Below, one piece after another: positions 20,487 to 32,400 of a DNA stretch of 40,444 nucleotides. Positions within the stretch are counted from its first letter, which is position 1. Each line of letters begins with the position of its first letter. This DNA is from Priapulus caudatus (Eukaryota): contig NW_014577080.1 of the NCBI RefSeq assembly GCF_000485595.1, positions 1-40,444 of the forward strand. The letters are read 5' to 3'. A program made the translations under genes and the position numbers. Under the pieces are notes generated by a model. The model was given only the letters and a program-made list of their open reading frames with translations, was not told the DNA's origin and ran no database searches.

Positions 20487-23400
20487 GGGTAGAGTGGGGT
20501 AAGATGCCCAGGCGGGGTAAGATGCCCTTATCTTTATCTTAGTTCTCAATTGAGCCACCAGACTGCACTTCTGCATGGAGTAGTGCTGCCATCTAGGGAA
20601 CATTCTTGATCAAGTACATAACCTTGGAGAAATTCACAGGAAAATTGTGAGCATATTTTTCTTTTTTATACCTTTCTTATAAGAAACAGCGGCATTTGTC
20701 CTTTGGCAGGGTGTACAGTAATACTCCTGGTATAAACACACCATGTTACAGTTAAACCTTGATACCTCTTAAGGTTACATATTGCCTAGATTGGGTGGTG
20801 ATAATTAAGGAAAATAGGACAAATGCATGAAAACAAAAATGTACACTGTGGGGCAAGATGCCCCATCTAGCTGTGGGGAAAGATGCCCCTGGGGGATTTT
20901 ACCCCATATTTGTATAGGTCATACAGTACAGGCAAATTTTGTGATTATGATGATGTTATTTTTTACCTGAGTAGGCTACCATTTGCAGTCCAACCATTTC
21001 AGAATTACATAACCTGCATTGACATAATAAATAATGATAACCAAACCCTCTTAAAATAATTTGACTTTACCCTGTCAAAATGTCATGTGTCCTGGTCTCT
21101 TTGCAGTTCCAGCTCAATATTTTATGTGTTGTAGCTGTTGCTATTCTCTGAGGATGCTTATTATCTTTTAGGACTATGCCACGATCCTATGAGAGAAAGT
21201 CCACAATAGGTGCGTATGGTGTTGAGGCTGTGCAGAGAGCTTTAGAAGCCATCAGAAATGGAACAGCTGTAAGAGCTGCCAGTAGACAATTTGGCGTGCC
21301 ACCAAAAACTCTACGCCGTCATAGTGATGGAGCAGTTAAATGCCCTGGCTCACTTGGACGATTCCAGCTTGATTTCACAGAGCAAGAAAATCACCTTGTT
21401 GAGCACATTCAGAAAATGGAAAAGGCACTATTTGGGCTTACTCCAGGTGATGTGAGGAGGCTGGCCTATGAGTATGGTGAAAAACTGGAGTTGAAACACA
21501 GATTCAACCATGATTCCAAAATGGCTGGTAAAGACTGGCTTGCAGCATTTCTACAGAGGCATCCTGAACTCTCAATACGCAAACCAGAAGCCACAAGTCT
21601 TGCAAGAGCTGTGGGATTTAATCGAGGGCAGGTGAACATTTTCTTCACCATCTATAGGGAGTTGCTTACCACTCATGCATATGCTCCCACACGTGTTTGG
21701 AATATGGATGAGACTGGCATAACCAATGTACAAACACCAGGCAAGATTGTGGCTACAAAAGGTGCTCGAGAAGTTGGAAGGGTGACAAGTGGTGAACGAG
21801 GGAAGTTGGTGACTGTTCTGTGTGCATCCAGTGCTGCAGGCTCGTACATCCCACCAATGTTTATCTTCCCTCGGAAGAGAATGGATATGAATTTGATGAA
21901 AAATGCGCCTGCAGGAGCCATTGGAACTTGCTCTGACAATGGCTGGACCAATGGGGAAATCTTTGTAAAGTGGCTGGAACATTTCAAAACTATTGCCAAG
22001 CCTATGCCAAATGAGAAGCATGTCCTTATACTGGATGGACATCATAGCCACAAGACCCTTGCTTGCCTTGATTTTGCACGTAAAAATGGTATTGAAATGA
22101 TTACCCTTCCACCCCACTGCACACACAAAATGCAGCCACTCGACCGAACTTTCTTCAAGGCATTAAAATCAGCCTACAATTCAGTCTCCGATACCTGGAT
22201 GGTGGCCAATAAGTGTCACGCGATGTGGGAATCTTGCATTTCTGCCTACCCACAAACTGAACCATTGAAGAAGACTTTGGAATGGATGCGAATCCTCTTG
22301 GTCTTATGCGCCATTTTCATAATCAGACTCTTCCGTGAATGAAGCATTTTCTGCCATGGCCCAGCAGAGCCTCACTAGAATGACAAGCGGAGACCACTGC
22401 TAAGTTGCGCCTTCACATCTGTGCCTTGCAGCTAGAGCCTGCTAATCCTGTGCATGCAGTGAGCCTGTACATACCTGTGCCTGCAGTCGAGCCTGCTAAT
22501 CCTTTGCCTGCAGGTTCGCGCTAAATCTCCTGTGCCTGCTGATTGAGCCTGCTAATCCTGCTCTGCCTTCTGAGACCTGCTAATCCTGTGCCTGCAGTTG
22601 AGCCTGCTAATCCTGTGCCTGCAGTTGAGTCTGCCAACCCTGGACCTGCCATTGAGCCTGCAGATCCTGCACCTGCAGCCCAAGCTGGACCAAGCACAGT
22701 AGATGCGCGTTCTGTGTTGGCCGAGTTAACTTCCCCAATTAAAGCCACAAAATCCCGCCAGCGTAAACGGAAAACAGAACATGCTACATTGATCACTGCA
22801 TCTCCATTTAAGAAAGCTTTAGAAGAAAAGGAAGCAACTGCAAGAGGACGTGGAAGAGGTAGAGGACGAGGAAGAGGGAAAGCAACTCAAAGCAAAGAGA
22901 ACAACACGGAAGAAAATGAAGCAAGTGCAAGTAGACGTGGAAGAGGTAGAGGACAAGGTAGAGGACGTGGGAAAAGGATAGCAACTCAAAGTAAAGAAAA
23001 CAACACTAATGAAACCAGGGGGACAGGAAAACAAAATAATGTTGGGAAGAAAAGGAAGAGAAAAGCTGTAGATCATGAGTGATTCTGACGATGATGAAGA
23101 GTGGCCCTGCCTTGTATGTACTGAAAAATACAGCCAGAGCCAGCCAGGTAAAAAATGGATGACATGTGTTGCATGTCGACACTGGACGCATGAAGATTGC
23201 ACTGCTGGTGAAGCAATGTCGATTTGTCCAAACTGTGAATCGGATGATGAAATGTAAAACTTGAATGTTGGAAGATGTGCATGTTTATTCTGAATTTCAC
23301 AATATTCAATATCTTGAATTAAATTTCTCACTATACTTGTATTGTCAGACTTTGCTATGTATTGTATGTTCTCAAGGCTACTTTACCTTTAAGTTGTATG

Positions 23401-23822
23401 CCCCTATAGCCCATATGTTGGGCTAATTTGTATTGCTTTCTTGGATCCTCTGTTTGTTTGCCATCACCTATAAAAGGTACTAATGAGCTGTCATGTAACT
23501 ATTATCAATGAATAAATCCAAATAGACTTCTTAATGCATTGGAATTATTCATATTTAGCATAATCTTATACTCAGTTACATAGTTCAAGTTTGTTTCCTT
23601 TGAATAGAAATATTTTAAAATGATGGGGTAAGATGCCCCATTTTCAACTTAAGATCAAGAGGGTTTTACCAAGTCATTAGACCAACAATTGAAAAAACAT
23701 GTACATTTTTTGATAGTCTAACTCCATAGCATCCAAACTGAGGAATATCATGCTGATTAGATTTCCCATTGCAAAGATAGAAGGAATTATCCTTAGAGGG
23801 GGCATCTTACCCCACTCTACCC
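20487..23822 (+). mobile_element. Full-length pogo-superfamily DNA transposon (3336 bp)
   Basis: Perfect 23-bp TIRs GGGTAGAGTGGGGTAAGATGCCC / GGGCATCTTACCCCACTCTACCC flanked by TA (20485-86, 23823-24); subterminal GGGGnAAGATGCCC repeats at ~20514, 20849, 20875, 23625. Confidence 0.95.
21176..23257 (+). pseudogene. pogo/Tigger-type transposase: psq-type HTH, CENP-B-type HTH, DDE_1 (DD35D), low-complexity linker, PHD finger; 3' half frameshifted
   Basis: RAASRQFGVPPKTLRRH; AGKDWLAAFLQRHPELS; WNMDETG, LILDGHHSH, QPLD with 35 residues between the 2nd and 3rd D; EPANPVPAV repeats; RGRGRG tracts; CLVC...WMTCVACRHWTHEDC...CPNC. Confidence 0.92.
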
Positions 23823-23978
23823 TACGTAAGGAAACATTTGTTTAACATTGTCTGATCGTCATTTGTATAGCTGTTGACTGGATAATCTGTTAACTGATAA
23901 AGTAAAAGTTTTATTCAATATTCTCAAGTCTCAACAGCACTAATACACATTCAACAGCTTCCATCTTTGTTTCTCCTT

Positions 23979-24430
23979 TGAACACAGTGTCACATTGTTA
24001 TAATAAACAATGTCTCTGTTCGTACCGAGCTGTGTCATGCGAAATCACACAAATGACTGAGCGAATTTTTCTCGGCGTTCGCGAAACCTTGCCCAGTAAT
24101 GGAAATGCTGTCACCGCAACACTGCAACATTTTTGCAAGCGTTCAATGGCGAGGCTCGTACGCGGGAAGTTGGAAAGCAGTGCGCCGCCTGCGCGCTGCG
24201 CTATAGCTCATAGACTGGCACCGCTTCTACCTCTCGGCGTAGCCTAGTCCCGATGGTAATCGAGGTGGAGCGAGTCCGTTATATAGCCTTTGTCCGTCTG
24301 CAGCGGCCATTTCCATTACTGGGCAAGGTCGCGAACGCTGAAAATTCGTCAGTCTTTCTGTGATTTCGGCGGACACAGCTCGGTTACGAACAGAAGACAT
24401 TATGTTTTATAACAAGTGAAACACTGTTCA
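23979..24430. mobile_element. MITE-like element with ~130-bp imperfect inverted arms
   Basis: TGAACACAGTGTCACATTGTTATAA...CCTTGCCCAGTAATGGAAATG versus CATTTCCATTACTGGGCAAGG...TTATAACAAGTGAAACACTGTTCA. Confidence 0.75.
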
Positions 24431-24482
24431 CGTCCCAAATGTCTGCCCTCTGTGTCCCCCACTAAAATTGTCTGAGACTGTT

Positions 24483-24549
24483 CGCTGGCAGCTATGGATG
24501 CGTGCGCCCGGACTAAGCATTCGGCCACAGGCATCCATAGCTGCCAGCG
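24483..24549. repeat. Perfect 19-bp stem hairpin
   Basis: CGCTGGCAGCTATGGATGC (24483-24501) / GCATCCATAGCTGCCAGCG (24531-24549). Confidence 0.85.
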
Positions 24550-25530
24550 CTGCATACTGTCGTAGGACGTTCCCGCGGTCGCGTGCGCCTTGCCGCGGAA
24601 CTGCGCGCAAGATCTGCGCTCAAGCACTTCGGTCAAACCCTGGNNNNNNNNNNNNNNNNNNNNNNNNNCTGCTATATGGTCATTTATGTCAGTATTAGCG
24701 TAGCACACATCGAGAGTTTACCAACTCATACGCCGCTAGTGGGATACCTACAGCAAGCCTCAGGGCCTTAGCTATGACAAGAGCGCTGGAAAGAAAATCT
24801 GGCGCCGCTTGCGAGTCGGGATCATGAACGGACAATTGTGACGTGACGTAATGCGCTCGTAACAGTTGGTCAACTTGTGATTGTGACCTGATTTATTTGT
24901 TAGACTTGATATTTGTGTGTTCAGCAAAAAGATCTAATAGCTATCAATAAGCTATCTAAAGTGTCAGTCCAGGGTAGAGATGTTCCTCATCTCAGCTGGC
25001 TCTTTGTGATGTTTTTCACTGAACAAATAACCATATTATAAACAAGTATTATATAAATAAATCCAAAAGAAATTTTGGTGTGCGAATATATAGACCTGTG
25101 TTTTAACAGTCTACTGTTTTGACCAGACGGCCTTCGTCGTTGAATTGGAGCAGTTTGCTGCCCATTGCACGAGGATCGCATCTGCCCAGTTAGGTACGGA
25201 GACTGGCTAGAAATGCCTCCCAATTTTGTTCGCTACTAGGCCGCTTTATTTGCTGTCAATTAACGGAGTTTTTTTGTTCACATTGTAACAATATATAGCG
25301 CTCATGCGTAGCTCGTTGAACTGCTGAGTTTTAGAGGATCCTTATATATAGGAAACAATACAACCATCGTCTTCGGTCTATTCCGTAATAAATCCATAAA
25401 TATCAATTGTCTTATTCTGCTATTTCTATCTCTGCACGAGTATACACTTAGTCACTCAACTAAAATATTCAACATGGTGGCAGACAGTGCCTAAACTTGG
25501 TGAAGCAGTGGGAAGCTTGAACTTAATGTT

Positions 25531-25646
25531 CCTATAGAATTCACGTGAAATTTCCGTCGAGTGCTCCCGAACTCGGTAGGGCCAAGGATAGCGAACATGG
25601 GTCCAGATAAACCAAATGGTTGCGTGTACTCCGTGAATTCTACAGG
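25531..25646. repeat. Small inverted-repeat element
   Basis: CCTATAGAATTCACG / CGTGAATTCTACAGG (one mismatch). Confidence 0.45.
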
Positions 25647-25998
25647 CACCTATATATATATTAATATATGATATCTAACCACTCGGATCCCCAATGCGGA
25701 GCCATTGAATTGTATCACAGCTTACGAATACTATCTATTAGTATTACTACAAGTACATCGCTTACAATACATTACTAGTACAGTTTACTGACTAGCTACT
25801 ACTGTGACTACTAGTACTAAGAAGTACAGGACTACTAATACTACGTACTATACTAGTACACGGGAGCTAATAATGACAAACTGTGTTACGCGTTAGCAGT
25901 TGTATTATCAACAATCTTAATCTGTTCTTGGTGTCAACAGTTTATCAGCACTTGGCAACACCTCCTTTCGGCAACGCTTCTCTAGTATCCCGTCTCAT

Positions 25999-28197
25999 CT
26001 GGTTGAATTATTCTATTTCTACTCAACGCACAAACAGAAACAGGGTCTTTTATCAGCTCTTGAAAGCTTTCATGTCAATGGTTTGCTTCCGTCAAAAGTG
26101 ACTGGCACTCGTTGGATGGCGCACGTTGTACGGGCCCTCAAGAGTTACTTCAGAAACTATCCAGCATATGATGCTCACCTCTGCACTACAAGCCACGAGA
26201 ATGCGAAGGCTGGAGGACTGGCAAAACTGTTGCTAGATAGACATCTGCTTGCTTTCATGATACTTCTAAAAGTAATTTTCTTTACCTCAATCTAAAATTA
26301 TGTTGTGAAGTCATGACTGTAGAGTCCACAAGGGGAGGGGGGTGTCTGGCATCTCACTCTCACTTTACAAAAATCTTTAATTATGTAATACTAATAGTAA
26401 TTGTAATACTATCTGTCCATATCAGATAGCAGTGAAAAAAATACACGGGGGCTCGGGCGATTTATCCCCGAAATGCCAGAAAGAGACCCGGAAATGTCTA
26501 AAAGAACCCCCGTAAATTTGCATAGAGTTCAATGCAAACCAAATTTTAGAGTGCTATTTTCATGCACGCATGCTTGAAACGTAGCCCCCGAAAAATAAAT
26601 TTTATTTTTTCCCTGTCAGATAGTTTACTGAAATTACATTTTACATGATCTGCTTGAACCACTGGCGAGATTATCTCTCAAACACCAACAGAATGTGGTA
26701 ACTCTTGCAGAGGTCCACACCTGCATGGACAGTATCTACCCTAGACCTCCTTCAAGAGTACAAAACAAGGTACGTATAATTAGTACCATAGTTAAGTTCT
26801 AAATTGTTAGAGGTCATTTATTATGCATCTGAAATTTAATTACGGACTTCTATGAAAACCTGAACATTTACTTCTTGTAGAGACAATGAGGCTCTTAAGA
26901 AGCTATTAGAAGATGGCTGTTATCAGAATGTTCTGACCAAAGGTAGCTTCCCCAACATGAGATACAAGCTTACAGCGGCTGTGACAAGCAGATTTTCTCT
27001 TCATGCTTCTCAGACAGGTGTTATAGAGGCTACTCGGATATCTAACTTCAGCTGCTGGCCGGCACCAGACACAGATTCTATTGCAGGTAGAAATTTTGTA
27101 GTTAAAAACTATGACATGGACTGCAACTTTCACTGCAACAGTGCAGTAATTCTCTTATGCTACTAAATTAACTTGCATCGTCATGTATTCTTTAGAATAT
27201 GGAGACCATGAGGTAAAATCAATTCTGCAGCACTTCTCGAACACACTCAAACAAGCAGGCATTGATGACAGTGACACAGCGCTGAGTGAGTAGAAGCATC
27301 TGAAAAAGCTTATATCTACAAACGGTTTGTGTATTTAAAAATATTTATCACATGTAATGTTTGACAATAAGACTGGCTAGTAATGTAATGTTTTGCAACA
27401 AAAAACAGTAGTAACAGTGAGTTTGTGAGAGAAGCTTTTTAATACATACTATTTCAGAAATTTTGTATTTTTTCTCTTGTTAACAGACATGAAGGCCATC
27501 TGGAATCTTTAAAGTGGGCAACTGTTCATTCTGGGTTTCCAGCGTTTAAGGCCATTCTGATGATAATGGATTTGTTGTTATGGTTGCCGCCAACATCTGT
27601 AGCATGCGAAACATCATTCAGTCAGATGAAACTGATCAAGACAAGCAGGCGAGCTAGCATGAAAGAGTCCACTTTAAATAACTTGATGTTAGTCAAGCTG
27701 GAGTCTCCTCCAGTTGCAGACTTCAGCCCTGATAAGGCAATTGACATGTGGCTGGTAGGTAATTGCATCAATAATTGCAACCTTTTTTTCTCTTTCAAAT
27801 TCAGTTTGCAATGTGGTCCTTGTCAGCTTGAGTTTTTGTGGATTATTTAGTAATTACGCTACGTTAAATTAATTATTATTATGTTATATAATAATTATAT
27901 TTGCAGGCAGCACCTTTAGCAACCAGGAAACTGAATTACAGACGGAGGTCCAAGGCAACCTTGGCACAGAAAACCAAACCAGATCTACATGTAGGAGCAC
28001 AAGCAGAAGGATCGGCAAAAGGGGATATAGTCCAGCCTGAATTTGAAGCCGCAACAGATTCTAATATTGCTGATATAGAACTGGAGACAGATACTGATAG
28101 AGATACTGATACAGATAGCAGTGATAACAGTGACGAAGACTTTTCTGCATATAATAAAGCTTTGATGATGATGGAGTGTTTCAGATCAAATAAATAG
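25999..28197 (+). pseudogene. Intron-containing hAT-family (ZNF862-like) transposase, 3' part; approximate exons 25999-26271, 26647-26769, 26881-27086, 27196-27324, 27487-27754, 27907-28197
   Basis: ELFYFYS..GTRWMAH; DLLEPLARLSL; YGDHEVKSILQHF..SE*KHLK (likely TGG>TAG); hAT dimerisation motif LPPTSVACETSFSQMKLIKTSRRASMKESTLNNLM; GT..AG intron boundaries; one acceptor reads CAT at 26644-26646. Confidence 0.85.
26430..26615. mobile_element. 186-bp hAT-type MITE in a transposase intron
   Basis: TIRs CAGTGAAAAAAATA / TATTTTTTCCCTG; 8-bp TSD TCAGATAG at 26422-26429 and 26616-26623. Confidence 0.9.
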
Positions 28198-28254
28198 TTC
28201 AAAATATGTGAATGTTTTAATGTTTCAATATTTTTTTGGTCCCGTAACATATCA

Positions 28255-28327
28255 TTCGGTCTGGTAAAAATATATTTTTTACTGGACCGAATGTCCAGTA
28301 AAGGATTTTGTCTTTTGGCGAAGACTG
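28255..28327 (+). mobile_element. Putative right terminus of the hAT element
   Basis: Subterminal palindrome TTTACTGGAC-CGAAT-GTCCAGTAAA and end ...TTTTGGCGAAGACTG (CAG-initiated on the minus strand); no matching left TIR seen. Confidence 0.5.
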
Positions 28328-29002
28328 AACCTCATCGTCAGCGAGTCCCTACGTTAGTCCATCACGAACGGCAACAGTCAAAATTGGGTACAGTTGTTAC
28401 TGCTATACTCCCATATTAAACGTCCTATTTTGGAGCACGCCAGTCGACGTAATTTTGAGCCACGGCAATTTTTTGCCAAAAATGGGAATTGCCATTAGTC
28501 AGTTCAGGTTCAACGGATTTTGCTCATTTTTGGTATCTATATAATAATTTGAGTAGTGTCGTTCTGTTTGTTCCTGTTGAAAATTTTCGTGCTTCATTCC
28601 TACGCATCAGGTTCGATTCTAACACTTTGCTTTTTGTTATTTATTGGGTTATAGGTTAAAAAAAACATATTTAGAAAATCTAATGGAAAATCTCCTTGGA
28701 AAACATTGGCAACGATTCAGTTCACTTCCGCTAGGTACGCTGGTTTGTTAGACATTACAACACGCAACCACAGGCTAAGGGATACAGTAGTCCCTGTCAG
28801 CGTAAACCTTGCAGTGGATTCGCGCCAGGGGCACACGGCTTGGCTGTGGAATCAAAGTCCCCCCACCCTGCACGCTCGCACTTCAGCGGCATATCTATAA
28901 TCTATCTTATCAATCTACAGTGTATCTATTTTTCTTATCTATTCATCTATCGCTATCTTATCTATTCCATGCCTCTAATCTATCTATCATTCATCAAATG
29001 TG

Positions 29003-29400
29003 AACCTGTGACGTCTTGAACCTTTGGGTGAAAGGCACTTCAAAATCAATAGCGGTTCCACGCCCCTAAGCGGGTCCACTTTGGACCAAGTTTGAAGTTT
29101 CTACCTCTGAACGTTGCAAAAATATGCGAGCAACAGAGCAGGAATCTCACCAAAGGAAACGACATCTTGGTCTACGTCATAGCAGCTGCCACACGCACAG
29201 CCGCACGACGCTTTCAAGCGAGACAGCAACACGACTCAAGCATACCCTACATTCGCGCAGCGAAGCACTTTTTAAGCAACAGCCAAACAATTCAACACCA
29301 CACGCAAGGCAAAAGCCAACCGCGCCAGCGGACAACACAATGCCGATGTAGCCGCAGTCCACGGCACGCTCAACCCGTAGGGCGGGAGCGATATTAAACC
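29003..29400. repeat. Degenerate interspersed repeat, possibly HINE-like
   Basis: TGTGAC..TTGAACCTTTG, AAAATCAATAG and ACCAAGTTTGAAG resemble, from recall, a core common in marine invertebrate repeats. Confidence 0.3.
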
Positions 29401-32400
29401 ATTTAGGCCTGGCGAAGCCGCTCTTGCTACAGTATTGTAGGGAGAACTCGGCCAGGCAGTGCTCTGCTACGCGCGCTTAGCAGACACCCGTTAGTAGGCA
29501 CGGCAAACTGAGCGGGGCAAGCATCAAAGTAGGCAGCTTATGCTCACTCTGACAGGGGTTGTCGTATTAACCACTTCAACAGGGATATACCTGTGGCAGC
29601 CCCAAATTAACAAAAGGGAAAAAATTATCAGACCGTCAGCTGTGCTGTACAAAGTATTTTTTTATAGGAGTTTTACTATTGTATTAATCTAAGAACTGGC
29701 TTCACGCTAGCGTAAATTGTCACAGCTCGCATGAACAGCAATGTACTGCCCGGGACAGTTAATGACTCATCTCCATTACGTGACCAATTCGAGTCTACTA
29801 ACAGTCGCAGACCGCCGCTTTAGCTAGGCCGAAACTGAGGGCAAGGCGCGCGCCAAGGCACAGAGAACAGATCAATAGGCATATTAAGCAGGCTGAGCAG
29901 CAGATGGCTCCGGTAGCTGCATTATAGGTCTCTCCAAGCCTATAAATTCTGCGCAAGCGCAAAGGGCACAATGGACTTAGAGGAAGGTGTGTACTCAGAA
30001 GCTCGTTTTAAGGTTATAGCACATTGAAAGGCGCAGCAGTCTACCCGCGCGGACAGAAAATTTTTTATGTTATGCGCTCAAAGGGATCCTTGTATTATTG
30101 TCTGTTCGTATCAAGTCGAACTCTTTAGTGTCACGCTCTAAAAGAGGCTTAATGAATGAATCGCGGCGGCCGGATTTTAGAGAAAGGATCTCAGGGCATC
30201 ACAGAGCTCCAGCAGCAGGCGAGGGCGCAGGCGAAGCCTGGGCTCCAGCGAGGTACACCGGCAGAGCGAATGATGCCGCGCGCGGAGGCGGGCACGCATC
30301 TTGCGAGATGTCGAGCAAGCCATGAAGCACTCAGGCGCGTAGGGGATTTGACTATTTAAAAGACAAAATTACTGCAAGCAATTAGAGCAGGGCTAGGGTA
30401 TGTGCGCCGACTCAGCTACTAGTTCGATGACTGCTATAAGCTAGAAACACGCACGAGAGTAACGGCACACAGCTCCTTTGAGGCTGTTCGACACTGTCTG
30501 GTCGTATTGTACAAGATTATGCATGACAATGGGACTCCTTAATGCAAAAGTCTCTTGCTAGGCAGAACAATTCATGATTTATAGAGTACGTTACGCTCTA
30601 TAGCTATTTATTTAATCTTAGTACTGGGACTATAATAGGACTTTATGCCGGGTAAGGGAAACAATCGCAAAAGCCGGGTATGCGCACTCTACCGTCAGAA
30701 ATTGTGATTCATTTTAGCAGGTTCACTCTGGACCATAGTCAGATAGCGCAGCGAAGGCCTTCGCTACGAATCGACCACGGTCAGGAGACATGGCGCGTCC
30801 GTCAAGTGCCCGAGGCCGCTTGCGTGCGTCGTCGAGCACGCTTGGAGCAGCAAGGCATCGGTTCAGTGCAAGGCAGGCAGTACCTTGGACTCTTGAACGT
30901 ACCGGGGGAACTCGGATATTCGCGATGGCGGTTCGGGGGTTCAGCGGTATCGCATCGTCTAAAATCGTGAGATTGGGAATGATCTACGGTTTTACAGCGT
31001 CGCGCTCAACAGCGTCAGAGACAGCGTGCAAGAATGTCAGAAGAATAAGGGAAATACATCTCCCGTCGCTACCTCCAGCGTTCAGAGTGCGCATATGGAA
31101 GTCAGGAAATGCGCTCTTGACGGGCCACAACTGCGTCAACGAGACTCGACCGTCGCTAGTGACTAGGGCTCACGGAACATGTCATGTCAACATTGAGCCT
31201 GCATTGTAGGAGACACGCTCCGGCTCGGCAGGCTGCTGCCACCGAAAATTGGAGGCTAGCACAGGCGACTCCAACACGTGCGATCGGCACACTAAGAGAG
31301 CACCATACACGGTGCACCACAACGCGGCATTTGGGTCCTTCATCTACGTACGGAAATACAATCGCTTTTATTTCGGGCCGCACTCATCGCCACAGGTTAG
31401 GACGTGTCTCTTTCTCTTCGCACCACTATTCGCGCGCATTGTCATTCAGCCCCTTCACGGACCCGTCACCAACGGTAGCGTCATCGACCGTACATTTTAA
31501 ATATTCTTGAGCGCCAGGTAAGATAACGAGGCCCAGAGCGGACTCTGGCGCAGCAACTTTACGACCTTCTATGGACTATTCGTTCCGTGGGCTGGTGCTA
31601 CCTAAGCGGCATAGCGGGTACACGGCGTAGGCGCTTGCTTTAATTACACGGCAGATCTGCCGTGCGCGACACTTGCGTGCCACACGGGCGCACGCACCTC
31701 CTCCCACGGCAAGCGCACCGGCTCACACTACCCACCGCGCATCTCGTTTCGCTTTGCCCAGTGCTCCCCACACACGCGCGCCGCCCCCATTTTAGATTCG
31801 GCATCTTTCGTGGGAGTTTTTTATAGCGTAGGAGACCAGTACAAACCTTTCTCATCTTCTGGTCTCATCTCCTGCCAAGCGCACACATTGCAGGACATGG
31901 CAGGCAGGCCACACACGAGCACAGGGAAGAGCAACCGGCAGCTCATCGCGTCGTCCTTGTGCTAGCTGCAGCGCGGACCCGCGGCGGATACGCGACTCGA
32001 CACCGTAGTATGACGGTGTCACGCACTTAAGCAAGACGGTCAATGACACCACCGGGCGTTACAGCAGGACTATTCATTCCAGGGACACGATGTTTATCTC
32101 TGAGGCAATTTGAGAGACGCAACTCACTACAAGGACTACGCTTTTGATGTTGCGCTCGGCGGGTCGTAGCGCGCTACGTCTGCACACGCTGGTGTGTGTC
32201 TCCACACGGACGCCCACACGCCCACACCGGCAACCGGGCACACACTCCACGAGTAGCCATCACCGCTTCTAGCTTAGGGTCCACAAGTGTTGTGCAGGCA
32301 GCGGAGTGCAGCGGGTCGGCAAGCACGTGGCGCGTGGCATTGACAGTAGCATTTAAGCCTGTAGGGAGCTTTAGTTTCATGTGGGCGGGCAGCGTTATGC

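Larger units (their letters stand above)
20226..23936 (+). mobile_element. Copia 3' LTR (~370 bp: 20226-20486 plus 23825-23936) split by the pogo insertion
   Basis: Starts TGTTGAG after the PPT; perfect inverse CTCAACA at 23930-23936. Confidence 0.75.

Noticed and set aside
21466..23331. Minus-strand ORFs over the pogo transposase
   Set aside because: Antisense shadows with no independent motifs
24400..24708. rRNA fragment
   Set aside because: No conserved 18S/28S/5.8S motif could be matched
28780..28870. snRNA/tRNA-like structured RNA
   Set aside because: No U-snRNA 5' motif, Sm site or tRNA A/B boxes recognisable
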